Shown: positions 19,956 through 30,076, numbered from the stretch's first letter. The stretch is 64,000 bases of DNA from an uncultured Gemmatimonadaceae bacterium (GCA_963761305.1 CAVXGK010000001.1:768001-832000); one strand, 5' to 3'. Made by a program: numbers and translations. The notes: generated by a model not told the origin, from the letters alone.

Positions 19956-21923
19956 GTGATTCGTGCTGACAGCCGCGCGTTCGCCGCGGCCGCCGCGCTC
20001 ACATTCTCGGCCGCATCATTCGTCGCCGCGCAGGGTCGCGGCGGAGGATTGCCCGACAGTGTGAAGACGCACCGCTGGGACGTCGAGCACGAGCTCGAGT
20101 CGATCGCCGTCGTGGATCGTAAAGAGATGATCCCGATGCGCGACGGCATCCGCGTCGCCGCCGACGTCTACTACCCGAAGGACGCGTCGAAGAAGTATCC
20201 GGCGATCTGGTCGCGCACGCCGTACAACTTCAACTACTGGGACGTCGCCAACGGCGTGCCGCGCGACATGACGACCGTCGTGAGCGCGATCAAGCGCGGC
20301 TACGCGTACGTGGAGATGCAGGAGCGCGGGCACTTCTTCTCCGAGGGCAACTACGACATCCTCGGCCCGCCGCTCACCGACGGCGTCGACGAAGTGAAAT
20401 GGATGACCGCACGAAAGTGGTCGAACGGCAAGATCGGCACGACCGGTTGTTCGTCGACCGCCGAGTGGCAGGGCGCGGTCGCGGCGCAGAACACCCCGGG
20501 CTTCGCGGCGATGAACGTGCAAGGCTTCGGCGCCGGTGTTGGACGCGTCGGGCCGTACTACGAGCAGGGCAACTGGTACCGGGGTGGTGCCGTCCAAATG
20601 CTGTTCATCGACTGGCTGTACGGCGAACAGAATCAGGTTCGACCGATGCTGCCGAAGAACGCCACGCAGGCCGAGCGCGTGCGCGAATCGATGTCGTTCG
20701 ATCTCGCGCAGCATCAACCGCCGGTCGATTGGTCGAAGGCGTTCTGGACGCTTCCGGAAGAGAACATCATCAGGGACGTCGACGGGCCGAAAGGCATCTT
20801 CGCCGATTCGATGCCCGTCGCCACCGGCGGCGCGATGATCAAGCGCGCGCCGAACGATCCGGCATGGTATCGCGGTGGTCTGTTCCACGACGACATGCGC
20901 ATCAACATTCCCGGCCTCTGGTTCATGTCGTGGTACGACGTGTCGGTGGGGCCGAACCTCGCGATGTACAATCTCGTGCGCAGCACGGCCAAAGGCGCCG
21001 CGGCGAATCAGCAGTGGGCGATCATCGCACCGACGGGCCACTGCGCCTACACCCGCGCGACGGACCACACCGTTGTCGGCGAGCGCGACATGGGCGACGC
21101 TCGGCTCGCGTACAACGACATCATGTTCGCGTTCTTCGACAAGTTCCTGAAAGGCGAGGGCGGGCAGATCCTCGATACGATGCCGAGGGTCCGCTACTAC
21201 ACGATGGGGCTGAACAAGTGGCAGAGCTCCGAGACCTGGCCGCCGCGCGGCGCCGAGTCGATGACGTTCTATCTGTCGAGCGGTGGAAATGCGAACACGT
21301 TGAGCGGTGATGGCGTGCTGGGGAAGACGGCGCCGGCGAGCGACAAGCCAGACAAGTTCACCTACGACCCGATGCATCCCGTGATGTCACACGGCGGCAA
21401 CGTGTGCTGCCAGGGAAACGCCGTCGGTGCTGGCGCGATGGATCAACGTGAGACGGAGGCGCGGCCCGACGTGCTCGTCTTCACGAGCGAGCCGTTCCAG
21501 CAAGGGACCGAAGTGAGCGGCCCGATCACGCCGACGCTCTACGTCGCCTCGGACGCCAAGGACACCGACTTTTCGATCAAGGTTATCGACGTGTATCCAG
21601 ACGGCACGGCGTACAATCTCGACGAGTCGATTCAGCGCATGCGCTACCGCAACGGCTACGACAAGCCGCTCGTGTGGATGGAGAACGGCAAAGTGACGAA
21701 GGTGACCTTCCAGCCGCTCAACACGAGCAACTACTTCGAGAAAGGTCACCGGCTGCGCGTCGAGATCTCGAGCAGCAACTTCCCGCGGTTCGATCGCAAC
21801 CTGAACACCGGCGGGCACAACTACGACGAAACGAAAGCCGTCGTCGCGCACAACGTCGTGCACCACTCGGCCGAGTATCCGTCGTCGGTCACGCTCACAG
21901 TGGTGCACAAGCCCCAGCCGTAG
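19956..21923 (+). CDS. CocE/NonD family hydrolase (peptidase S15-like), secreted
   Basis: MIPMRDG, RTPY, GCSS nucleophile elbow, SWYD, YDPMHPV and [19 protein letters not shown]. Confidence 0.9.
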   Translation: MIRADSRAFAAAAALTFSAASFVAAQGRGGGLPDSVKTHRWDVEHELESIAVVDRKEMIPMRDGIRVAADVYYPKDASKKYPAIWSRTPYNFNYWDVANGVPRDMTTVVSAIKRGYAYVEMQERGHFFSEGNYDILGPPLTDGVDEVKWMTARKWSNGKIGTTGCSSTAEWQGAVAAQNTPGFAAMNVQGFGAGVGRVGPYYEQGNWYRGGAVQMLFIDWLYGEQNQVRPMLPKNATQAERVRESMSFDLAQHQPPVDWSKAFWTLPEENIIRDVDGPKGIFADSMPVATGGAMIKRAPNDPAWYRGGLFHDDMRINIPGLWFMSWYDVSVGPNLAMYNLVRSTAKGAAANQQWAIIAPTGHCAYTRATDHTVVGERDMGDARLAYNDIMFAFFDKFLKGEGGQILDTMPRVRYYTMGLNKWQSSETWPPRGAESMTFYLSSGGNANTLSGDGVLGKTAPASDKPDKFTYDPMHPVMSHGGNVCCQGNAVGAGAMDQRETEARPDVLVFTSEPFQQGTEVSGPITPTLYVASDAKDTDFSIKVIDVYPDGTAYNLDESIQRMRYRNGYDKPLVWMENGKVTKVTFQPLNTSNYFEKGHRLRVEISSSNFPRFDRNLNTGGHNYDETKAVVAHNVVHHSAEYPSSVTLTVVHKPQP

Positions 21924-21983
21924 GACAACGCCATCGTCGATCCAACTCCGCGCGCGCGGCGAAGCGTCGAGCGTTCTTGCGGT

Positions 21984-22721
21984 CTATTTCGAGACCAGCA
22001 GGACCGCGGTCGCCGTCAGCGCGCCGTGATCGTCGCGGCGCGACACAACCACGACCTGGTCGCCGGCTGACAGCGGCTTCGACGTCGCCTTGAGCGCCGT
22101 CACCTGAGTGGTTGGCGGCACGTCGATGGTTTGCGATCCGCCGGCGTACGTCACGACGAGCGTCCCGCCGTTTGCGGTCGAGACCGTACCGTTCGACATT
22201 CGCGATGGCGTCGCCGTGCCGTTGGTCATGCGGGAATTCTGAACGCTGCCGTTCGTCATGCGGCTACCGCCGGCACCCGTGCTCGGCTCCATCATTCGGC
22301 TCCCCTCGCCGAGGCCGCGGAGCTCTTCGGGGAAGACGTGAATCTCCGTCGCCTGTTCCTTTCCGTCGGGCTCTTTGATCGACGTGACTCCGACAAAGGC
22401 GTTGTCGGTGACGTCGGTCAAGGTCCCCGCTTCGCGGTCGAACACCTTGGGCGATCCCGCTAGCGCGATCGTGACCGAGCCGGTGTCCGTCTTTACCACG
22501 AGGGTGGTTGGCGTGAACTCGGACACCGTTCCTCGCACCATCGCCGAGGCGTTTGGCGCCGACACGTCTCCGCCGGCCGCGGTCGAGTCGGATCGACCGC
22601 TCGATCGCGTGCAAGCCACGCAGCACATCGAAGCGGCGAAGAACGCAGTGTAAGATCGAGTGAAGCGCGGGTTGGCGAGCACGACAGCCCCCTGGTGACA
22701 GTGTTGATGTTGAACTGCCAC
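21984..22721 (-). CDS. Hypothetical exported protein, DUF5666-like beta-rich domain (start uncertain)
   Basis: VRGTV, VGVTS and EIHVFPEELRGLGEG segments, plus three RM(T/S)NG repeats. Confidence 0.6.
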   Translation of the reverse strand: MAVQHQHCHQGAVVLANPRFTRSYTAFFAASMCCVACTRSSGRSDSTAAGGDVSAPNASAMVRGTVSEFTPTTLVVKTDTGSVTIALAGSPKVFDREAGTLTDVTDNAFVGVTSIKEPDGKEQATEIHVFPEELRGLGEGSRMMEPSTGAGGSRMTNGSVQNSRMTNGTATPSRMSNGTVSTANGGTLVVTYAGGSQTIDVPPTTQVTALKATSKPLSAGDQVVVVSRRDDHGALTATAVLLVSK

Positions 22722-22821
22722 CAGTTGCGCACATCTTGTGCTCGCCGTGCACGGAAAGAGGTGGATCGGTGCGAGTTGCCGCCGTGAGGGCCCTCGGCGG
22801 CAGGGCTGGAGCGGCGGGCTA

Positions 22822-23337
22822 CTACTTCACCGGCAGGACCACCCACCACGGGTAGTCCGCGCTGTGGGCCTGCGCGACCGCGGTGACCCAGACCCCCTGG
22901 TACGTGCTTCCCGCGGGTGGCGTGATCGTCACGATGTAGAGCGCGCCCGCCAGCGTCGGAAACTGGAACTGGCCGTTCGCATCCGTCGTAACCGAGGCGA
23001 CCTGGGCGCCGACGCCGAGCGTATCGCCCGCCGACGGCTGCACGTGGACGTACGCCGTGAGTCGCGCGCCGACGACGCGGGGCAGCGTCGCGAGCGTGTC
23101 GGTTCCCGGCGGGAACGGCGAGTGGCCCGTGACCGTGCCGTGGAACGATCCCGGCGTTGCGTTCGCGGGCGGAGTCGTGACTGGGCTGCTGTCGTTCGTC
23201 GCACCGGCGGAGAGCCCGGTAAGCGGCGAAGCGACCGGCCCTGTTCCGACCCCACCCATGTCGCCGCCGCACGCGATCGCGACTCCGGCCGCGGCAAACG
23301 CGCACGCGACGCCCCAACGTCTGACGCTCAAACTCAT
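22822..23337 (-). CDS. Hypothetical lipoprotein with carboxypeptidase-regulatory-like beta-sandwich
   Basis: AGGAG RBS, lipobox AIAC and TTDANGQFQF..L..Y.V pattern. Confidence 0.7.
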   Translation of the reverse strand: MSLSVRRWGVACAFAAAGVAIACGGDMGGVGTGPVASPLTGLSAGATNDSSPVTTPPANATPGSFHGTVTGHSPFPPGTDTLATLPRVVGARLTAYVHVQPSAGDTLGVGAQVASVTTDANGQFQFPTLAGALYIVTITPPAGSTYQGVWVTAVAQAHSADYPWWVVLPVK

Positions 23338-23507
23338 CTGATGGCTCCTGAAGGCTCGTTCTGGTAAACTGTGATTCGTCACGCTGCGTCACTCGACGTC
23401 CGTCGAGGCGGCGTTGTGTCAGCAACGCCGGTCGCGGGGGAGGACGTGTGGCGGATTCGGCGGTCCCGCGGTTAGGCCTCGCTAGGAAGACACTCAAGGA
23501 TTTGCAC

Positions 23508-24743
23508 GTGACCCTGACTCATCGAATCGCCGCGTCGCTCGCGCTCGCCGGAGCACTGACCGCGTGCTCGAATACGGACGGTCCCGGCCAGCAGGCGCCC
23601 AGCGTGAACCTGTCGGGCAGCGAGCAGCAGATCGCCACGTCGGGAAACGACTTCTCGTTCGCGCTCTTCCAGCAAATCGCAAAGACGTCCTCCGGCGCCA
23701 ACGTGTTCGTGTCGCCGCTGAGCGCCTCGATGTCGCTCGGCATGGCGATGAACGGGGCCGGTGGGTCGACCTTCGACGCCATGCGGTCGGCGCTGCGCTT
23801 GGGCACCGGCGACATGGGACACCTCGACGGAGGATACCAGGGACTCATCGGTCTCCTTCGCGGGCTCGATCCGACAACGACGTTCCAGATCGCCAACTCG
23901 GTCTGGTATCGAAACACGTTCTCGTTCAACCAGACCTTCCTCGACACGACCAAGAAGTATTTCAGCGCTCAGGTGCAGGGGCTCAACTTCGCCGACGTCC
24001 CCGGCTCACTGTCGACGATCAACGGGTGGGCGAACTCGAATACCGCCGGCAAGATCCCGACGATCCTCGACGACATCACGGCGGACGAAGTGATGTTCCT
24101 GATCAACGCGATCTACTTCAAGGGTGCGTGGCAGTATCAGTTCGACCCCAAGGCCACGTCGCCGAGCACGTTCACGGCCGCCGACGGCACGCGGCAATCC
24201 GTGCCGTTCATGAACCGCCCCGAGCACATGAAGCCGTTGTTTCGTGCCGGCTCGGCACAGGGATTGGCGATCGCCGAGCTGCCGTACGGCAACGGCGCGT
24301 TCGCGATGGACATCGTCCTCGTCCCGTTCAACCTCAAGGCGAGCATCGACTCGGTGGCGGCGCAGCTCAACGCGACGACGTGGTCGGCGCTGATCGCCAG
24401 CCTCAACGACACGGACGAAGCGTTCGCGATGCCCAAGTTCACCATGTCGTATGACCGCATGCTGAACGACGACCTCACCACGCTCGGGATGGGCGTCGCG
24501 TTCACCACTCAAGCGAACTTCTCGGGAATGTCGGCGACTCCGCTGCAGCTGTCGTTCGTGAAGCAGAAGGCGTTCGTCACGGTCGACGAGACGGGAACGA
24601 CCGCCGGCGCGTCGACGGTGACGGGAGTCGTCGCGACGGCGCTCGAGCAGATGAGCATCGACCACGCGTTCATCTTCGTCATCCGCGAACGACAGACCGG
24701 CACCATCGTTTTCATGGGGAAAATGCTCAAAATCCCCACGTGA
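23508..24743 (+). CDS. Serpin (serine protease inhibitor), lipoprotein
   Basis: LTAC lipobox, NVFVSPLS, NAIYFKG.W, hinge VDETGTTAGAST and DHAFIFVIR. Confidence 0.93.
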   Translation: MTLTHRIAASLALAGALTACSNTDGPGQQAPSVNLSGSEQQIATSGNDFSFALFQQIAKTSSGANVFVSPLSASMSLGMAMNGAGGSTFDAMRSALRLGTGDMGHLDGGYQGLIGLLRGLDPTTTFQIANSVWYRNTFSFNQTFLDTTKKYFSAQVQGLNFADVPGSLSTINGWANSNTAGKIPTILDDITADEVMFLINAIYFKGAWQYQFDPKATSPSTFTAADGTRQSVPFMNRPEHMKPLFRAGSAQGLAIAELPYGNGAFAMDIVLVPFNLKASIDSVAAQLNATTWSALIASLNDTDEAFAMPKFTMSYDRMLNDDLTTLGMGVAFTTQANFSGMSATPLQLSFVKQKAFVTVDETGTTAGASTVTGVVATALEQMSIDHAFIFVIRERQTGTIVFMGKMLKIPT

Positions 24744-24750
24744 AACGTGG

Positions 24751-24888
24751 CTACTTGAACAGGTCGAGCGATTTCTGAAAGACCTGCCAGACGCCCCACG
24801 CGAGCGGGATCCCGACCAGCGCCCACGCCGCGGCGAGTTTGAGCGCGAGCCCGCTCGACGGGTGTGGTTGTCCTGATTCGTTCGTCAT
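24751..24888 (-). CDS. 45-aa single-TM small protein (putative MFS transporter small subunit); not in the ORF track
   Basis: MTNESGQPHPSSGLALKLAAAWALVGIPLAWGVWQVFQKSLDLFK. GGGGAG RBS; starts 12 bp after the MFS stop. W..VG.PL.WGV pattern. Confidence 0.75.
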   Translation of the reverse strand: MTNESGQPHPSSGLALKLAAAWALVGIPLAWGVWQVFQKSLDLFK

Positions 24889-24900
24889 CGGCTCCCCCTT

Positions 24901-26274
24901 TTACGCGACGGCGGTGTTTGCCGCCGCGTACTCGGCGGTCACGTGGCGCTCGTGGACCGGCCGGACGAGCAGATTGCAGATGAATCCGACCACGAGCAGC
25001 GCCGCCATGATGTACATCGTCGTCGTGTAGGCGCCGGCCTTGGGCACGCCGTGCGCGATCTCATATTCGCGAATGTAGTTGACGAGCACCGGCCCGGCGA
25101 CGCCGGCCGTCGACCATGCCGTGAGCAGGCGGCCGTGGATCGCGCCGACCTGGATCGTGCCGAACATGTCGCGCAGGTAAGCGGGAATAGTCGCGAACCC
25201 GCCGCCGTACATGCTAATGATCACGACGTACCCGGTGACGAACAGCGCGACGTTCCCCGCTTTTCCGATCGACGGCACGAAGGCGTACAGCGCCGCGCCG
25301 AGCAGGAAGAACGTGGCGTACACGCCCTTCCGGCCGATCATGTCCGAGAGCGACGACCAGAAGAATCGGCCGATCATGTTGGCGAGGCTGAGCAGCCCGA
25401 CGAAACCAGCCGCGGCACCGACGGAGATCGTACCCGGGAACATCTCCTGGATCATCGGCGACGCCTGGCCGAGCACACCGATGCCGGCCGTCACGTTGAG
25501 ACAAAGCACCGCCCACAAGAGCCAGAATTGCGGCGTCGTGATCGCCCGTTCGGCCGTCACGTTGCCGGTCGTCACCATCGCGCGCGGCGGCGGCGCCGTC
25601 CACCCCGCCGGCTTCCAACCGGGCCGCGGCACGCGCACGGTGAATACGCCGAACATCATGAAGCAGAAATACAGGATGCCCATCGCCACGAAGGTCGGCG
25701 CCACTCCAGGAGCGCCCGCCGTCTTGAACCGCGCCATGAGCATCGTCGACAGCGGCGAGGCGATCATCGCGCCGCCGCCGAATCCCATGATCGCCATCCC
25801 CGTCGCCATCCCCGGGCGATCCGGGAACCATTTGATGAGCGTCGTGACCGGCGAGATGTAACCGATGCCCAGGCCGATGCCGCCGATCACGCCGTAGCCG
25901 AGCAGGAGGAGCCAGAACTGGTGCGTCGCGACGCCAATCGCGCCGACCTCGAATCCGCCGCCGAAGCACAGCGCGGAGACGAACATCGCCTTGCGCGGGC
26001 CGACGCGCTCGAGCCACGAGCCGAAGAGCGCGGCGGAGAGTCCGAGGAACACGATGGCGATGCTGAACACCCATCCGATCGTGCTGAGCTTCCAGTCTTC
26101 CGGCGCCGAGTGCGTGACGCCGATCCGCTGCGACAGCGGCAGGTTGAACACGCTGAACGCGTATGCCTGGCCGATGCACAGGTGGATCGCGAGCGCCGCA
26201 GGCGGCACCAGCCAGCGCGAGTACCCTTCGCCGGCGACGGAGTGCTCGCGGTCGAGAAATGAGAAGAGACTCAT
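24901..26274 (-). CDS. OFA (oxalate/formate antiporter) family MFS transporter
   Basis: Multiple TM segments; GQAYAFSVF, KWFPDRPGMATG and YGGGFATIPAY. Confidence 0.9.
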   Translation of the reverse strand: MSLFSFLDREHSVAGEGYSRWLVPPAALAIHLCIGQAYAFSVFNLPLSQRIGVTHSAPEDWKLSTIGWVFSIAIVFLGLSAALFGSWLERVGPRKAMFVSALCFGGGFEVGAIGVATHQFWLLLLGYGVIGGIGLGIGYISPVTTLIKWFPDRPGMATGMAIMGFGGGAMIASPLSTMLMARFKTAGAPGVAPTFVAMGILYFCFMMFGVFTVRVPRPGWKPAGWTAPPPRAMVTTGNVTAERAITTPQFWLLWAVLCLNVTAGIGVLGQASPMIQEMFPGTISVGAAAGFVGLLSLANMIGRFFWSSLSDMIGRKGVYATFFLLGAALYAFVPSIGKAGNVALFVTGYVVIISMYGGGFATIPAYLRDMFGTIQVGAIHGRLLTAWSTAGVAGPVLVNYIREYEIAHGVPKAGAYTTTMYIMAALLVVGFICNLLVRPVHERHVTAEYAAANTAVA

Positions 26275-26283
26275 ACGGGTGCC

Positions 26284-28359
26284 CTACCTCGGAATCACCG
26301 GGAGGGTGACGTGCGACGGGTGCGCCGCATCGTGCACCAGCCGCTGATGTGCAACGACGAACGTGCTGTCGCGCTCGTTGTTTCCGCCGGTGTTGAGATT
26401 GCGGTCGTACTTTGGGAAGAGCGCCGACGAGACGGTCACGCGAATCTTGTGGCCCGCCTCGAACACCCGCGACGTGAACCAGAGATCCATGTCGTACTGC
26501 TCCGCGCTGCCGGGCGTGAGCGGCGTCTCCTTGTCGAATCCCTTCCGGAAGCGCGCCCGCATCAACCCGTCCTGCACCCGTTCAGCGTGGCCGTCGGGGA
26601 AGACGTCGAGAAGCATGACGTTCCAGTCGGTGTCCTTCGCGTCGGTCGCCGCCCAGATTGTCGCCGCCATCTGTCCTGTGACTTCGATCGGCTTGGCGAG
26701 CGGCTTGGAGGTGAAGACCAACTCATCGTGCCGCGAGGCGTTGAGCGACGTGTAGTCCTCGTTGAGCGACGTCTCGAGCTCGCGCGAGTCGATCAGGAAC
26801 GGCGTGGGATTCGCCGGATCGTAGGTGAACGTATCGGCCGCGGCACCCGACGGTGGAATGGTGTCCAGCATGCCGTTGCCGGCGCTCGTGTTCGCGCCGC
26901 CGCTCGACGACACGTACCACTTCGTCTGCACGGCGCGAGCGATCGGCCACGCGGCTTCCTTGCGCCACGTGTTGTCGCCGAACACGAAATCGTCGAACCG
27001 CGGCTCCTTGTCGACGCCGTTGTCCTTGCCAAGGAGGTAGTGGTCGAACCAGCGGAGCTGAAGCCGGCGGGTATCGACGCGTGACTGCGGGCCGAATTCG
27101 CCCGCGACGTAGTCGACGCCCTTGTGCGCGCCGGGACCCATCACCAGGCGAATGAAGGGATGATTCGGTACGGCGAGTAATGCGTTGGTATAGTCGATCG
27201 GACCGCGCGAGTCGTCGTACCAGCCGGAAATCTGGAGCACCGGCGCGCGCACTTTGGCGATGTTCGTCGTGACCGCGTGGGCGCGCCAGTACGAATCGAG
27301 CGTCGGATGCGCGACCCAGCGGTCCCACAGCGGCACGTCACCGCAGCCGAGGCGCTGCGGCAGATCGCTCAGCGGCAAATGCGTGAGCGCCGAGCCGATG
27401 TCCAGGTCGGCCGTGTTTTGCAGCGTGCGTGCTCGCATGAGGCACGCCCAATCGACGTTGATCGGCGAGAAGACCATGTCTTCGTACGGCACGATGCGCC
27501 ACGGATCGCCGCTCGCCGCCGACGGCGCAATCGCCGCGAGATGCGGCGGCGCGCTGACCGCGGCGTACCAGGCGAGACGCCCTTCGTCCGAGTGTCCGAT
27601 CAGCCCGACCTTGCCGTTTGCGTCGGGCAACTTCGCGGCCCACTCGACCGCGTCGTACCCGTCGCGCACGTCGGTGTCGTAGTCGCCGAAATCTTTGCCG
27701 TCGGATACATCGCGCCCGCGCACGTGCTGAGCGACGAAGATATAGCCGTGCGACGCCCAGAATCGCCCCGCGGGATGCAGGATGCGCGTGTATGGCGTGC
27801 GCTGAAGCACGACGCCGAACGGGCCCTTGCCGACGGGTCGCGCGATGTAGTTCGCGAGCTTGGCGCCGTCGTGCGTCTTCATGAAGACGAGCGTGTCCTC
27901 GGTGACCGCGTACTGCGAGTCGGAGACCGCGCCGGGCCAGAGCGGGAACTGCTGCTCGACGCTAAACGGCATCGCGCGGCGCACGAGCCGCATGCGGCGT
28001 CCGGTCGGCTTTCCCGCCGCGAGCATGAGGCCCGTGAGCGTGTCGCCGTGCCACACCGCCGCGAGCGTCTGGTTGCGGGCGCCGTTGATGAAGATCGAAT
28101 CCGAACGAACCTCCGCGCGCGCGAGATCGAGCATCGCCTCGCCAGTCCGCCGCCGGATCGAGCCGGTGATGCCGCCGCTGTCGGACGCGAAGTGCGCGAA
28201 GCCCATTCGGCGCCAGCCCTCGAACCCCGGAAGCGGAGTCGAGCCGAGGGCGACATACGCATCCCAATCGCCAGCCAGGGAGGGAGTCGAGCGGCTGGTG
28301 CAGGAGGAGACGGCGAGGACGGCGAAACCGAGAACGCAGCAGACTCTTGGCATGGGCAA
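26284..28359 (-). CDS. CocE/NonD family hydrolase with N-terminal extra domain
   Basis: RTPY, GHSDEG, GWYD, YDPANP and FPKYDRNLNTG motifs; lipoprotein-like signal. Confidence 0.88.
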   Translation of the reverse strand: MPMPRVCCVLGFAVLAVSSCTSRSTPSLAGDWDAYVALGSTPLPGFEGWRRMGFAHFASDSGGITGSIRRRTGEAMLDLARAEVRSDSIFINGARNQTLAAVWHGDTLTGLMLAAGKPTGRRMRLVRRAMPFSVEQQFPLWPGAVSDSQYAVTEDTLVFMKTHDGAKLANYIARPVGKGPFGVVLQRTPYTRILHPAGRFWASHGYIFVAQHVRGRDVSDGKDFGDYDTDVRDGYDAVEWAAKLPDANGKVGLIGHSDEGRLAWYAAVSAPPHLAAIAPSAASGDPWRIVPYEDMVFSPINVDWACLMRARTLQNTADLDIGSALTHLPLSDLPQRLGCGDVPLWDRWVAHPTLDSYWRAHAVTTNIAKVRAPVLQISGWYDDSRGPIDYTNALLAVPNHPFIRLVMGPGAHKGVDYVAGEFGPQSRVDTRRLQLRWFDHYLLGKDNGVDKEPRFDDFVFGDNTWRKEAAWPIARAVQTKWYVSSSGGANTSAGNGMLDTIPPSGAAADTFTYDPANPTPFLIDSRELETSLNEDYTSLNASRHDELVFTSKPLAKPIEVTGQMAATIWAATDAKDTDWNVMLLDVFPDGHAERVQDGLMRARFRKGFDKETPLTPGSAEQYDMDLWFTSRVFEAGHKIRVTVSSALFPKYDRNLNTGGNNERDSTFVVAHQRLVHDAAHPSHVTLPVIPR

Positions 28360-28441
28360 GAGAATGCGTTCGAGGAAGCGGTGACGCTAGTCGGGCTGAA
28401 ATGCGCCCGGGCCGACGTCTCGGGGGAGCGAGGCTGGCATC

Positions 28442-28520
28442 GAGCAGGAGCCAGGAGCCCTCAGCAGGAGCCCTCAGCAGGAGCCCTGAGCAGGAGCCCT
28501 GAGCAGGAGCCTGGAGCAGT
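28442..28520. repeat. Tandem array A, 13-bp unit AGCAGGAGCCCTS (~4 full units plus partials)
   Basis: Read directly from the sequence. Confidence 0.9.
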
Positions 28521-28582
28521 TGAAAAGCGGGGGCTGGAATGGAATGATGACGCGTCCCCCGTTTGGTGGAGTACGGTCTGGT

Positions 28583-29083
28583 ATGCGGGACTTCAAGCGA
28601 CTCGAGATTTGGCAGAGGGCGCATGCCATGGCGATTGCCCTGTACGACCTGTCGGCTGACTACGGGCGGCTGAGGTACGGGCACCTCAGGACCCAGCTCA
28701 TGAAAGCCGTCGATAGCGTCGCGACGAATATCGCCGAGGGGTGTGGGACGGATTCGAATCGCGAGTTTGCGCGTTTTCTCGACATCTCCATCAAATCCGC
28801 GAGCGAGACGGAAAATCACTTGATCAGCGCTCGCGATCTCGAGCTGATGTCTCAGGAAAACTGGCTCCGCTGCACGAGGGAGACGATCGAGATCCGGAGA
28901 ATGACCTTCGGCTATCGCAAAAGGGTGTTGGAGGATGACCCGTGGTGGCGCCGCCCCGCCCTCTGGAGGCCACTGCTCAAGGCTCCTGCTCAAGGCTCTG
29001 GCTCAAGGCTCTGGCTCAAGGCTCTGGCTCAAGGCTCTGGCTCAAGGCTCTGGCTCAAGCCTGGCCGCGAGCAAGAGCTGTGA
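28583..29083 (+). CDS. Four-helix-bundle protein (23S rRNA intervening-sequence protein/Avd-like fold) with repeat-encoded C-terminal tail
   Basis: MRDFKRLEIWQRA, QLMKAVDSVATNIAEGCG and EFARFLDISIKSASETENHL match the 23S_rRNA_IVP family pattern. Confidence 0.88.
   Translation: MRDFKRLEIWQRAHAMAIALYDLSADYGRLRYGHLRTQLMKAVDSVATNIAEGCGTDSNREFARFLDISIKSASETENHLISARDLELMSQENWLRCTRETIEIRRMTFGYRKRVLEDDPWWRRPALWRPLLKAPAQGSGSRLWLKALAQGSGSRLWLKPGREQEL
28972..29064. repeat. Tandem array B, 13-bp unit GCTCAAGGCTCTG (6 full units plus a partial), inverted relative to array A
   Basis: Read directly. The reverse complement GAGCAGGAGCCTT/GAGCCAGAGCCTT matches array A. Confidence 0.9.
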
Positions 29084-29257
29084 GCATGAGCCGTGAGCAT
29101 GAGCTGTGAGCGTGAGCTGTGAGCATGAGCTGTGAGCGTGAGCTGTGAGCATGAGCTGTGAGCCATGAGCTGTGAGCCTGAGCTGTGAGCCTGAGCTGTG
29201 AGCCTGAGCTGTGAGCCTGAGCTGTGAGCCTGAGCTGTGAGCCTGAGCTGCGAGCTG
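29075..29257. repeat. Tandem array C, 13-bp unit TGAGCTG-TGAGC(A/G/C) (~13-14 units)
   Basis: Read directly from the sequence. Confidence 0.92.
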
Positions 29258-29368
29258 CGCGGGTCCCGACGAGACAGTTGTGTTCTGACGACCAGGCGAC
29301 CTATCGCGGTCGTTCGCGCCGTCCCGCCCCGAGACGTATTTTCCGGCTCCCGTCACCCCGAACAAGCC

Positions 29369-30076
29369 GTGCGCATCAGCGACATGAACTGGATGCAGGT
29401 CGAGCGCTACCTCGATCATGATGACCGTGCCGTCCTTCCGCTCGGCAGCACCGAACAGCACAGCCATCTCCGTCTGACGGTCGACTGCGTTCTCCCCGAA
29501 CGCGTCGGCGCCGAGGCCGCGGAGCCGCTCGGGATTCCGGTCTTCCCCGTCGTTTCCTACGGGGTCACGCCATACTTCCGCGAATTCCCCGGCTCGATCT
29601 CCCTGCGCGTCGATACGCACCTGAACGTGGTGCGCGACATTCTCGACGGCATGTCGCACAGTGGATTCAAGCGAATCCTCGTCGTCAACGGCCATGGCGG
29701 AAACAGCGCCGTGCAGCAGTGGCTTCCCGAGTGGATCGCCGGGCACGCCGACTGCCGCGTCATCTTTCACAATTGGTGGAACGCGCCGCTCACCTGGGCG
29801 AAGGTCCTCGAGATCGACGCGATCGCGTCCCACGGATCGTGGATGGAGAATTTTCCGTGGACGCGCTTGCCCGGTGTCGAGATGCCGACGGTACAGCGGC
29901 CGATGCTCGACATGGCGCGCGTGCGCACCCTCGACCCGATCAGCATGCGCGGCTACATCGGCGACGGAAACTACGGCGGACTGTATCAACGCTCCGACGA
30001 GGACATGCTCGCGCTGTGGAAGGTCGCGGTCGACGAGACCCGCGCCCTGCTCACCGGATCCTGGGGCTCGGCGTAG
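29369..30076 (+). CDS. Creatininase family amidohydrolase
   Basis: MRISDMNWMQVE, LPLGSTEQH, FPGSISL, VNGHGGN and HGSWME motifs. Confidence 0.9.
   Translation: MRISDMNWMQVERYLDHDDRAVLPLGSTEQHSHLRLTVDCVLPERVGAEAAEPLGIPVFPVVSYGVTPYFREFPGSISLRVDTHLNVVRDILDGMSHSGFKRILVVNGHGGNSAVQQWLPEWIAGHADCRVIFHNWWNAPLTWAKVLEIDAIASHGSWMENFPWTRLPGVEMPTVQRPMLDMARVRTLDPISMRGYIGDGNYGGLYQRSDEDMLALWKVAVDETRALLTGSWGSA

Noticed and set aside
28442..29257. CRISPR array
   Set aside because: Units are 13 bp and contiguous with no unique spacers, and there are no cas genes in the window.
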